A DNA stretch of 64,000 nucleotides from Macrostomum lignano. Taxonomy: Eukaryota. The notes under the pieces were generated by a model. That model ran no database searches, was not told where the DNA came from, and worked only from the letters and a program-made list of their open reading frames with translations. The number at the start of each line of letters is the position of its first letter. Position 1 is the first letter of the stretch. The stretch lies in assembly GCA_002269645.1 (NCBI GenBank), contig NIVC01000033.1, positions 857,335 to 921,334 on the forward strand, given 5' to 3'. Shown here piece by piece: positions 12,529 to 24,060 of the stretch. The position numbers and the translations under genes are program-made.

Positions 12529-15500
12529 GCCAGACAGACAGACAGACAGACAGACAGACAGGACAGACAGACAGACAGCCAGACAGACAGACAGACAGAC
12601 AGGACAGAGAGACAGACAGCCAGACAGACAGACAGCCAGACAGACAGACAGACAGCCAGACAGACAGACAGACAGACAGACAGACAGCCAGAGAGACGCA
12701 CGCAAAGACTCACCTGATCGACCTTGACCAGCTTCAGCGGATAAGCCCAGGGCGCGATGACGCTGAGAAATCCCACAGCTCCCACAGTGTTGTCCAAGTT
12801 AATCAGATTGCAGTTGGACTCCGTGGCGCCATAAAACTCGGCCATCTGTTTGACGCCGAAGCGGCGCTGGAATTCGCGCCAAATCTGCGGCCGCAGCCCG
12901 TTGCCGAACATCAAGCGGAGCCGGTGGCCCTGGTCGGACGGCCGGCTGGGCTGAGCCAGCAGGTAACGGCAGAGCTCGCCGATGTACTGCGCCACTGTGC
13001 AGCTGGGGATGCGGGCGGTTGGGTTCGACTGCTGGGAAACTGACTCAGACACCTGTTATCTTAATGAGACACCTGTTATCTTGATGAGACACCTGTGATC
13101 TTGATGAGACACCTGTGATCTTGATGAGACACCTGGGATCTTGATGAGGCACCTGTGATCTTGATGAGACACCTGTGATCTTGATGAGACACCTGTGATC
13201 TTAATGAGACACCTGTGATGTTGATGAGACACCTGTGATCTTGATGAGACACCTGTGATCTTGATGAGACACCTGGGATCTTGATGAGGCACCTGTGATC
13301 TAGATGAGACACCTGTGATCTTGATGAGACACCTGTGATCTTACTGATTCGAATGCGATCTTACTGATTCGAATGCGATCTTAATGAGACACCTGTGATC
13401 TTACTGATTTACCTGCGATCTTGATGAGACAGCTGTGAACACGCTCAGACAGCTGTGAACACGCTCAGACAGCTGTGAACACGCTCAGACAGCTGTGAAC
13501 ACGCTCAGACAGCTGTGAACACGCTCAGACAGCTGTGAACACGCTCAGACAGCTGTGAACACGCTCAGACAGCTGTGAACACGCTCAGACAACTGTGAAC
13601 ACGCTCAGACAACTGTCATCCCACAAGCGCTCACTTATACTTGACGCAATCTTCCCAGAACGCGGACGCGGAGAACTTCCGCCGGATAACAACAGTGGCG
13701 CCGCGCAGGAACGCCTGGCCAACGCCGAGGATGCCGCCGGCCGTGTGGTACAGCGGCAGACAGTCGTACACGGAGTCGCTGGGCCCGATGTTCAAGATTA
13801 TGCCAACAGTGTTGGCCATCATGGCGAATCGATGGTGAGAGATCACAGCGGCCTTGGGCAGCCCCGTGGTGCCTGCCGGAAGGCAGAGGAAAATTTTATG
13901 TAGCACAGGACTTAAAGCACAGTCCGATATGGCCACACTTGCAACGCGAACCCTGCAACGCGAACCCTGCAACACCAACCCTGCAACACAAACCCTGCAA
14001 CACAAACCCTTGCAACACAAACCCTGCAACACCAACCCTGTAACACCAACCCTGCAACACCAACCCTGCAACACCAACTCTACAACACCAACTCTACAAC
14101 ACCAACCCTGCAACACCAACCCTGCAACACAAACCCTGCAACACAAACCCTGCAACACAAACCCTGCAACACAAACCCTACAACACCAACCCTGCAACAC
14201 CAAACCTGCAACACAAACCCTGCAACACAAACCCTGCAACACCAACCCTACAACACCAACCCTGCAACACCAACCCTACAACACCAACCCTGCAACAAAC
14301 CCTGCAACACAACCCTACAACACCCAACCTACAACACCAACCCTGCAACACAAACCCTACAACAACAACCCTACAACACCCACCCTACAACACCAACCCT
14401 GCAACACAAACCCTACAACACCAACCCTGCAACACCAACCCTGCAACACAAACCCTGCAACACCAACCCTGCAACACAAACCCTACAACACCAACCCTAC
14501 AACACCCACCCTACAACACCAACCCTGCAACACAAACCCTACAACACCAACCCTGCAACACCAACCCTGCAACACAAACCCTGCAACACCAACCCTGCAA
14601 CACAAACCCTACAACACCAACCCTACAACACCCACCCTACAACACCAACCCTGCAACACAAACCCTACAACACCAACCCTGCAACACCAACCCTGCAACA
14701 CGGGCGCTCACCGGAAGTGTAGATGAAGAACAGCCGGTCCTTGGTGCTGTCCGGCCGAAACTGCTGCCCCGGCGCCATCTGACCGGAAGCTCCCGCCAGC
14801 ATCTTGTCGAAATCGTTGACACCGTCAAGCGACTCTCCCACGCCGTGGCCGTCGCCGAAGCGGTAGAGCCTCATTTCAGCGAGGCTGGCGGCGACTTCCT
14901 TAACGGCTGGCGCCAATTCGGCGCCAAACAGCATCGAAGAGGCCTCGGCGGCGCGCAGACAGTGAACCAGGGACTGAGCGCGCAGGTTGTAGTTGATGAG
15001 CGCTGCCACAACCCCAGCCTTGGCCATGCCCAGCCACAGACAGGCGAATTCCGGACGCGACTCGGCGAACAGGGCCACGACCTGGCCGGGACTGTGGCCG
15101 GTCTCCAACAGAAGGTTCGCTACCTGTGGAGTTGTGATGGTGTTGGAGTCAACCGAAGTCGGTAAGGTCAAGAAGAACAAAGTTTTTTAATAATAATTTG
15201 GCAGGAAATTCTTAACCTAGTTTGAAAGACCAGCGCATAACAAAAGTGCAGAAAATTTTATCTGCAACCATAGCAACGGAATCTACACGTAAGCGTCATA
15301 AATGACATTATAAACCAAAATCTTCATGCCAAAGTTTTCAGCAATCTTATTTAGGAATTAAATTTTCCAAGATCCCACCGCAGTCCCAAAGATCCCACCG
15401 TAGTCTCAAAAATCCCACCGCAGTCCCAAAGATCCCACCGCACTCCCAAAGATCCCACCGCAGTCTCAAAGATCCCACCGCACTCTCGAAGATCCCACCG

Positions 15501-16306
15501 CACTCCCAAAGATCCCACCGCACTCTCGAAGATCCCACCGCACTCCCAAAGATCCCACCGCACTCTCAAAGATCCCACCGCATTCTCAAAGATCCCACCG
15601 CACTCCCAAAGATCCCACCGCACTCTCAAAGATCCCACCGCACTCCCAAAGATCCCACCGCACTCCCAAAGATCCCACCGCACTCCCAAAGATCCCACCG
15701 CACTCTCAAAGATCCCACCGCACTCCCAAAGATCCCACCGCAATCCCAAAGATCCCAACGCAGTCCCAAAGATCCCACCGCACTCCCAAAGATCCCACCG
15801 CAGTCTCAAAGATCCCACCGCAGTCCCAAAGATCCCACCGCAATCCCAAAGATCCCACCGCTGTCCCAAAGATCCCACCGCAATCCCAAAGATCCCACCG
15901 CTGTCCCAAAGATGCCAACCGAGTCAGCAAGGCTCACCCGATTCGAGTACTCGTCAACCCGTCGGAAAGTCCAAACTTCGTCCTCGTACCGGAAGCAGAC
16001 AGCCTCCGGTTGCTTGGCAACGGTCTCGGCGAACAGCTGCACGATGCCCAGCCGAAGACGCGTCATCCGGCGCAGGGCGCCGAGCGTCCCCAGCAGGCAG
16101 CGGGCGGCGCGAAAATCGCGCGGGAATGTTAAAACTGCGGCGCGCAAATAGCGCCAACCGCCGGCGAGGGCGTAGGCGACAAAGGCGACGGCGATGGAGC
16201 TGAAGACGGCGAAACTGCAGCTGCTGGAGGCGGCCAGCCAGTAGCCGGCGACGCCGCCTGCCACCAGAGCGAGGCGCGGGCGAGTAACAATGCCGTCTTG
16301 GAGCAT
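10407..16306 (-). CDS. FATP: Long-chain fatty acid transport protein / very-long-chain acyl-CoA synthetase (SLC27A1/4-like), 6 exons (16306-15938, 15123-14712, 13872-13635, 13002-12714, 11577-11284, 10796-10407), about 663 aa
   Basis: AMP-binding motif [14 protein letters not shown] spliced across intron 2; [10 protein letters not shown]; [18 protein letters not shown]; EFYGATE; FATP signature [29 protein letters not shown]; GRAGMAA; TGTFK. All introns are GT-AG and phases are consistent. Confidence 0.95.
10861..11186. repeat. 20-bp minisatellite (CACTCTCGCTGGCTTCTAGT) in FATP intron 5
   Basis: 20-nt periodicity; the unit is a close variant of the 9711-10040 array. Confidence 0.95.
11655..12690. 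repeat. (GACA)n microsatellite, about 1 kb, in FATP intron 4
   Basis: Direct observation; source of the SVCL/TDRQ pseudo-ORFs. Confidence 0.98.
13045..13617. repeat. Two related 20-bp minisatellites (GAGACACCTGTGATCTTGAT, then GACAGCTGTGAACACGCTCA) in FATP intron 3
   Basis: 20-nt periodicity in both; transitional units at about 13340-13430. Confidence 0.95.
13940..14700. repeat. About 14-bp minisatellite (CAACACAAACCCTG / CAACACCAACCCTG) in FATP intron 2
   Basis: Direct tandem repetition with point variants. Confidence 0.95.
15368..15912. repeat. 20-bp minisatellite (AAGATCCCACCGCACTCCCA) in FATP intron 1
   Basis: 20-nt periodicity. Confidence 0.96.
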
Positions 16307-17316
16307 CAGAATTCATCATTTGCGAGCAGTGCATTTATATTTTTTTCGATACATATCGCCAATACAGCTTTTTAAATATATAAGACTTAGTACCTTAACT
16401 AAGTACCAAATAAAAACTGTATTTTCGATACATATCGGTAAGTTAAATCCTTATAGTCACAATCAAGAAACAAAGAACGTTTCTAAGAAACAAAGTTCTC
16501 TTCAAGTTTTTCCTGACTAGGGAAATAGTTAAAGCACTTTCAATGCGAAAACCGTATTTTCGATACATATCGGAAATTCTCATTATCTAAATTTTAAGTA
16601 GTCTTAGAGCTATTAGTAAAAACTACTAACAGTAGGCTAAAAGCATATTAAATAACAGAAAAAAATCCAAGCGGATAAGTGCATGCGCATCACAGAGGGC
16701 ATAAAATGAGGCATTGACAGCTGGCATTGCATAGAGCGGCAGGCAGTGTATTTTCAATTTAAACTCAGCAATATCAGGAATAAAGATTTATTATAACAAA
16801 GTGAACAACTTGGACTCTGTAGATTTACAATTTAAAGTCGGTCAAACGAAAACCTTCGCCAATAATGTAAGCAGATTTGTTACCATACAAATAGTGCGCA
16901 TATATAGTAAATAACAACGTTTTGACAGCAAGACAGACATTTATTACAACGCGCATTCAGCCAGAATGATCAGCCGATCAAAATCTGGGTGCAAAAACTG
17001 AAGTTACTGATATTTATCGTATTAAAAATTGACCAGTTGACCCCCATAGCGGCCGGCACAACAGTTCGCGCGCTAATAAAAAATAAATAAATAGATATTT
17101 CTATTAATAATCCAAGTATGAAAGATTAGCGATTGCCTATGCGACAAATCAACTGACTAAACTGCAAGCGTCAGACACTACTGCTGTTGCATAGTAGCGA
17201 ATTGAAGCCATGTACTGTATCAGTGTACAGGCCGGTGCATGAAATTGGATCTGACAGAGACCTGAAAAACTTGAGCGCAATCACAGCTAGTTTCAGAAGT
17301 TCCCGAATCAGAACCT

Positions 17317-18672
17317 CAGATCCCCAAAACTGCCAGTCAAGAACTGCAGATTCCCAAAACTGCCAGTCAAGAACTGCAGATCCCCAAAACTGCCAGTCAA
17401 GAACTGCAGATCCCCAAAACTGCCAGTCAAGAACTGCAGATCCCCAAAACTGCCAGTCAAGAACTGCAGATCCCCAAAACTGCCAGTCAAGAACTGCAGA
17501 TCCCCAAAACTGCCAGTCAAGAACTGCAGATCCCCAAAACTGCCAGTCAAGAACTGCAGATCCCCAAAACTGCCAGTCAAGAACTGCAGATTCCCAAAAC
17601 TGCCAGTCAAGAACTGCAGATCCCCAAAACTGCCAGTCAAGAACTGCAGATCTCCAAAACTGCCAGTCAAGAACTGCAGATCCCCAAAACTGCCAGCCAA
17701 GAACTGCAGATCCCCAAAACTGCCAGTCAAGAACTGCAGATCTCCAAAACTGCCAGTCAAGAACTGCAGATCCCCAAAACTGCCAGTCAAGAACTGCAGA
17801 TTCCCAAAACTGCCAGTCAAGAACTGCAGATCCCCAAAACTGCCAGTCAAGAACTGCAGTTCCCAAAACTGCCAGTCAAGAACTGCAGATCCCCAAAACT
17901 GCCAGTCAAGAACTGCAGATCCCAAAACTACCAGTCAAGAACTGCAGATCCCCAAAACTGCCAGTCAAGAACTGCAGACACCCAAAACTGCCAGTCAAGA
18001 ACTGCAGATTCCCAAAACTGCCAGTCAAGAAATGCAGATCTCCAAAACTACCAGTCAAGAACTGCAGATTCCCAAAACTGCCAGTCAAAAACTGCAGATC
18101 CCCAAAACTGCCAGTCAAGAACTGCAGATTCCCAAAACTGCCAGTCAAGAACTGCAGATCACCAAAACTACCAGTCAAGAACTGCAGATCCCCAAAACTG
18201 CCAGTCAAGAACTGCAGACACCCAAAACTGCCAGTCAAGAACTGCAGACACCCAAAACTGCCAGTCAAGAAATTCAGATCTCCAAAACTGCCAGTCAAGA
18301 AATTCAGATCTCCAAAACTGCCAGTCAAGAACTGCAGATCTCCAAAACTGCCAGTCAAGAACAGCAGATTCCCAAAACTGCCAGTCAAGAAATTCAGATC
18401 TCCAAAACTGCCAGTCAAGAACTGCAGATTCCCAAAACTGCCAGTCAAGAACTGCAGATCCCCAAAACTGCCAGTCAAGAACTGCAGATCCCCAAAACTG
18501 CCAGTCAAGAACTGCAGATCCCCAAAACTACCAGTCAAGAACTGCAGACACCCAAAACTGCCAGTCAAGAACTGCAGATCCCCAAAACTGCCAGTCAAGA
18601 ACTGCAGATCCCCAAAACTACCAGTCAAGAACTGCAGTTCCCAAAACTGCCAGTCAAGAACTGCAGATCCAA
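17317..18672. repeat. 30-bp minisatellite (TCCCCAAAACTGCCAGTCAAGAACTGCAGA), about 45 copies, immediately downstream of the KLHL18 stop codon
   Basis: 30-nt periodicity with occasional 1-nt deletions that shift the register. Confidence 0.97.
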
Positions 18673-18750
18673 AAACATGGCATCAGCAACCAGATCCCGG
18701 ATCAATGTTATTGTCATGGACATTGCGGTGACCCAGCAGTTCCGACAGGC

Positions 18751-21700
18751 TTACAGAGCCGCCATGGTCTCCAGATTGGCCGACGAATTCGACGAGTTGC
18801 CAGCCGCCGGCGAGCCCGGTGCAGTCGCCGCCGCGGACACTGGGGAGCCCCGCGCCAGCGCCAGCATCGGCGCCGAGGAGCTGACGGCCAGTCCGCAGCG
18901 CGGCGGCAGCACGCCGACTCCAACGCCGCCCTCGTGAGCTGTGAGCGGCGGCGCCTCCGCCCAGACCTTCGACTCCTCGTCGTACACCTCCACGGAGCTC
19001 AGGTTCTGCACGCCGTTGTAGCCGCCTGGGTGGACGGGGGGAGAGGAGTCACCATGGGATCTTTAGTGAATGCAAGAGATCTAACAATGGGATTTTAGAC
19101 GGCACAATTGGATCTACCGGAAATTTTCTGGGGTCTTATGAGATTGAGTGGGATTTTTGGGATAAAGATCTTATGGGATAAAGTGGGGATCTTATGGGAT
19201 AAATTTGAAATATAATGGGATAAAGTGAGGATCTTATGAGATAAATTGGGAATCTTATGGGATAGAGTGGGGATCCTATGGGATAAATTTGAAATATAAT
19301 GGGATAAAGTGGGGATCTTATGAGATAAATTGGGAATCTTATGGGATAAAGTGGGGATCTTATGGGATAAATTTGAAATATAATTGGATAAAGTGGGGAT
19401 CTTATGAGATAAATTGGGAATCTTATGGGATAGAGTGGGGATCCTATGGGATAAATTGGGGATCTTATGGGATAAATTGGGAATCTTATGGGATAAAGTG
19501 GGGATCTTATGGGATAAAGTGGGAATCTTATAGGATAAAGTGGGATCTCGGGGGGGGGGTTGGAATCAAAGAATCGCTCATAGGGGCTCACCAATAGCGT
19601 ACAGCTTGCCCCAGGTGGCGGTGAGGGCAACCCTGGACCGCAGGGCATTAAGCGAAGCAGCCAGAGTCCACTCGTTAGTAGCTGGGCAGTAGTACTCCAC
19701 CGTGTTGAGAAAGTGCAGCCCATCGTAGCCGCCGGCAACATAGATTTTATCGCCCAGAGCGGCCACGCCGTGCCGGCAGCGCCGGTTGCGCATCGGAGCC
19801 ACCGTGCGCCACACCGGGTCCACCTGGCGTAGGGGGGGGGGGTATTGTTTCTGGGAGTCATTATCTGCCTTATGAAACAGATTTACTAATCTCTACATTT
19901 TTTTTCCTCCTAAACCTTTTATATGAAAATTCTCGGAATTCTAAAGTTAACAAATCAAAACTCCTCTGAATCTACCAAATCTGCCAAATCGAAATTCCCC
20001 CGAATCTATCAAATCTGCCAAATCGAAATTCCCCCGAATCTACCAAATCTGCCAAATCGAAATTCCCCCGAATCTATCAAATCTGCCAAATCGAAATTCC
20101 CCCGAATCTATCAAATCTGCCAAATCGAAATTCCCCCGAATCTATCAAATCTGCCAAATCGAAATTCCCCCGAATCTATCAAAACTACCAATCAAATCCC
20201 CCATAATCCCAAAACTACAAACTCAAAACTCCCTCGAACCCCAAAACTACCAAACCATGAGTTTCCCAAATCCCAAAGCCGCCAAGACGCAGTTCGCACA
20301 GGGCTCAGCCGCTCCACAGTGTCATAAATAGCCAGGCCATTGTGCCCGCCCAGCGCGTAGAGCTGGTTGTCCAAAGCCACGACCCCGCCGGCGGAGCGGC
20401 AGTCGGCCATGTTGGGCATCATGTGCCACTGGTCCCGCTCCGGCCAGTACACCTCGCAGGAGCGCAGCGAGCTGACCCCGTCGTAGCCGCCGCAGACGTA
20501 CAATTTGCCAATTAAAGCTGCGGCGCCCAACGCGCTGCGCTTACAGTTCATTGGCGCCACGCGGCGCCACTGCCCGGCGCCGGGGTCGAACAGCTCGACA
20601 GTGTTCAGCCGGTCCTTGCCGTCGTAGCCGCCGATGGCGTACAGCCGGCCGTTGAGCACCGCCACGCCCACCCGGCTGCGGTGGGTGGTCATGTTCTCCG
20701 CCACCTGCGCCGCGGGTGATCCGTTGGGGGTGTTGGTGGAGTGGCGCTGTTTGAGCTATTAGGCCTGAGCATCTGATATCCCAGTGCATCCCTACAGATA
20801 TCCCAGTGCATCCCTACAGATATCCCAGTGCATCCCTACAGATATCCCAGTGCATCCCTACAGATATCCCAGTGCATCCCTACAGATATCCCAGTGCATC
20901 CCTACAGATATCCCAGTGCATCCCTACAGATATCCCAGTGCATCCCTACAGATATCCCAGTGCATCCCTACAGATATCCCAGTGCATCCCTACAGATATC
21001 CCAGTGCATCCCTACAGATATCCCAGTGCATCCCTACAGATATGTCCATTGGGATCCTAGATGTACAAAGATGTGCCCAATCAGATTCCTGATGCACAAA
21101 TCAGACTCCTGATGTACAAATCAGATCCCTAATGTACAAATCAGATTCCTAATGTACAAATCAGATCCGTGATGTACAAATCAGATCCGTGATGTACAAA
21201 TCAGATCCGTGATGTACAAATCAGATCCCTGATGTACAAATCAGATCCCTGATGTACAAATCAGATCCCTGATGTACAAATCAGATCCCTGATGTACAAA
21301 TCAGATCCCTGATGTACAAATCAGATCCCTGATGTACAAATCAGATCCCTGATGTACAAATCAGATCCCTGATGTACAAATCAGATCCCTGATGTACAAA
21401 TCAGATCCCTGATGTACAAATCAGATCCCTGATGTACAAATCAGATCCCTGATGTACAAATCAGATCCCTGATGTACAAATCAGATCCCTGATGTACAAA
21501 TCAGATCCCTGATGTACAAATCAGATCCCTGATGTACAAATCAGATCCCTGATGTACAAATCAGATCCCTGATGTACAAATCAGATCCCTGATGTACAGG
21601 GACATGAGTTAGTCAAGCCGAGCTCACCCGCCACTGCTTCTGACCGGGGTCGTAGCACTCAACAGTGGAGATGGAGTCCCCAGATGAGGTCAGGCCGCCA

Positions 21701-23405
21701 ACAGCGTAGATGCAGCCGCAGGCGCTCAGGCAGGACCGAGGCTGAGTCCGCATGGAGCTGAGCTGACCGAAGCGCCGCTCAGGCAGAAGGAAATAAGCCT
21801 TAGCATCGTCTAGTAGGTCGCGACATTCGAGCGAATTGCGAAACACCGGGTCCTTGCTGATGTCCGCCAGCAGGCCGGTGGGCAGCTGCGTCAGGCGGAT
21901 GCAGCGAAGGACGGCCAGGGCGGCCGATTGGCGCTCCGGCTGGCGGTGGCAGAGCCAGCGAAGACCGGCTTGGTACACCTGGGGATGCGGGAGGCGTCAC
22001 CGATTGGTAGGATAATCAGCAAAAATGCTACTACTACTACTACTACTATTACTACTTCTTCTACTGCTATTACTGCTATTTGGTAAGTGGTAGACAACGT
22101 CAACAACTACTACTACAACTACTGCTACTACCACTACTACTACCACTACTAATACTACTGCTACTACCACTACTACTACTACTACTTACTACTACTACCA
22201 CTACTAATACTACTGCTACTACCACCACTACTACTACTACTACTACCACTTACCTCCTCCTCGCTACCAACGTGCACCTCGTCCCGAATAAGCAACCCGG
22301 TGAGCTCATCCAGGGACAGCGCCTTGAACTCCTCGGTGGCGGCCAGCTGGGTGAAGTGCTCGGTCATGTAGGCCTGACATTCGGCCACCAGAGGCTGACA
22401 GTCGAACTGTTGAGCAAATCGGCAAACTTCGGCCACGTTGCTGACAGACAGGCGGGCGCGCATGAAGTCGACGCAGGCGTCCTTGACCTCGGGGACTTGC
22501 AGGTAGCTGGCGCCGGAGAACAGCTCCTGAATGCGGAAGGTGGGGAGCACTGAAGCCTCAGGGAGGGACAAGCCGTGCTTTACTGAAGCCTCAGGAAGGG
22601 ACAAGCCATGCTTTACTGAAGCTTCAGGGAGGGGCAAGCCATGCTTTACTGAAGCTTCCGGGAGGGGCAAGCCATGCTTTACTGAAGCTTCAGGGAGGGG
22701 CAAGCCATGCCTTATTGAAGCTTCAGGGAGAGACAAGCCATGCTTTACTGAAGCTTCGGGGAGGGAAAACTTCAGGGAGGGACAAGCCATGCCTTACTGA
22801 AGCTTCAGGGATGGACAAGCCATGCTTTACTGAAGCTTCAGGGAGAGACAAGCCATGCTTTACTGAAGCTTCAGGGAGAGACAAGCCATGCTTTACTGAA
22901 GCTTCGGGGAGGGAAAACTTCAGGGAGGGACAAGCCATGCTTTACTGAAGCTTCAGAGGACACGCAGATACACGAGTAAACGCAAGAAACAAACCTGAAC
23001 ATTCTCGCAGGTGATCTGCACCTCGCCAGTGTAAGCAAAGTTGATCAGCAGCTCCAGCGCGTTGGCCTCGATGCCCTGCATTTCAACCTCGCCCTTGGCG
23101 CACTCCTTCATGTCGTGCATGAACATGCCGTAGAAGAACGGAATGGAGGCGGCCAGGACCACCCGGTGGGCGGAGAATATCGAGCCGGCAACGCGCAGAG
23201 TGACGTCACACAATTTTCCCTGCCTGCGGATTCGCTCGAAGCTGGGGAAGGCGACCAGGAACAGGCGCTTGTCGCGGAACATCACGCTGTCTTCCAGGTC
23301 GGCTGCGGCCACGCTCAGGCTGGAGGAGCCGGCGCCGGGCCGCAGGTCGCCGGGCAAGGCCGCATTCTGCTGCTCAGCGCTGCTTGACGGCACCTTGCCA
23401 GACAT
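18751..23405 (-). CDS. KLHL18: Kelch-like protein 18 (BTB-BACK-6xKelch, CUL3 adaptor), 6 exons (23405-22995, 22526-22254, 21978-21628, 20704-20300, 19823-19592, 19025-18751), about 648 aa
   Basis: [27 protein letters not shown] (BTB), [38 protein letters not shown] and HEGGVGVG match KLHL18-specific sequence. Introns are GT-AG with consistent phases. Confidence 0.93.
19130..19548. repeat. 21-bp minisatellite (ATGGGATAAAGTGGGGATCTT) with an 84-bp four-unit higher-order repeat, KLHL18 intron 5
   Basis: Four distinguishable 21-mers recur in the same order about three times. Confidence 0.92.
19965..20185. repeat. 34-bp minisatellite (AATCTATCAAATCTGCCAAATCGAAATTCCCCCG), KLHL18 intron 4
   Basis: Direct tandem repetition, degenerating toward 20275. 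Confidence 0.92.
20777..21042. repeat. 22-bp minisatellite (GATATCCCAGTGCATCCCTACA), KLHL18 intron 3
   Basis: Near-perfect 22-nt periodicity. Confidence 0.96.
21060..21598. repeat. 20-bp minisatellite (GATGTACAAATCAGATCCCT), KLHL18 intron 3
   Basis: Near-perfect 20-nt periodicity. Confidence 0.97.
22030..22250. repeat. Imperfect (CTA/ACT)n microsatellite, KLHL18 intron 2
   Basis: Direct observation; begins at the donor site. Confidence 0.93.
22549..22955. repeat. 33-bp minisatellite (ACTGAAGCTTCAGGGAGGGACAAGCCATGCTTT), KLHL18 intron 1
   Basis: 33-nt periodicity; produces the 11-aa periodic pseudo-ORF [11 protein letters not shown]. Confidence 0.95.
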
Positions 23406-23548
23406 TGGGAGCAGAAATATGAAAGTTAATTATTGCTTTCAAAATACATCTGCTCTTATTTTTTTTCTGCAACACTGCTGCTTCTATCATAAGTACAAAA
23501 AGGAAGTTAGGTGGTGCCAAACCCTTGGATACAGGTCATCATCTAGAG

Positions 23549-23740
23549 CAGGGGTTGGCAAACTTTATATCTCAAGGGCCCTTGGGAACGGATGGGATGA
23601 GAAAAGATAGAAGAGAAGAAAAAGATGTGAGAAGAGCTGCAAAACTCAAGCAGGCCAGATTGCTATTGCGAAGACTCAAAGGACCCAGTGGCTAGATAAA
23701 GAGGCTTTGAGGGCTGCATATGGCCCACATGCCACATTGC
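23549..23740. mobile_element. Degenerate hAT-type MITE remnant
   Basis: Begins CAGGGGTTGGCAAACT, a typical hAT non-autonomous terminus, with a GGGCTGCATATGGCCC subterminal motif near 23710; the right terminus is eroded. Confidence 0.4.
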
Positions 23741-24060
23741 TATTTTATGCTAAAGTGCATAAATTTTCAATAAAATTTAAAAAATATAACATTATATAAA
23801 ATTTTGTGAAATTTTTTTATAACATCTACAAAAATGTACATAGTTAAATAAAAAACTTGTTACTGGTTGTATGACAGGTGCAATAGCATATAATATTTGT
23901 AAAAATACATTAAAAATTGCTTAAAATATATAATTGTATATGAAAAGCCTTTGAAACTTTTTAAAAAAAGCAAATAAAATATTAATTATAAGTCATCACT
24001 CATTGATTCAGTGATGTGTGATCAATGTGTAATTTATGATTTCTTCAATATAGATAATTG

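Noticed and set aside
11196-14726. SVCL/TDRQ and CNTNP repeat ORFs
   Set aside because: Intronic micro- and minisatellites of FATP; the spliced model explains all the real coding parts.
18751-18905. About 50-aa Ser/Ala-rich extension after the conserved KLHL18 C-terminus
   Set aside because: Low-complexity tails are common and no motif is evident.
17171-18937. ORFs of 205-514 aa (QNCQSRTADP, TASQELQIPK repeats)
   Set aside because: The 30-bp array has no stops in several frames, and the region lies antisense to or downstream of KLHL18.
1913-23405. Functional clustering of Elongin B and KLHL18 (both cullin-RING ligase adaptors)
   Set aside because: They serve different cullins (CUL2/5 versus CUL3), are separated by unrelated genes, and nothing shows co-regulation.
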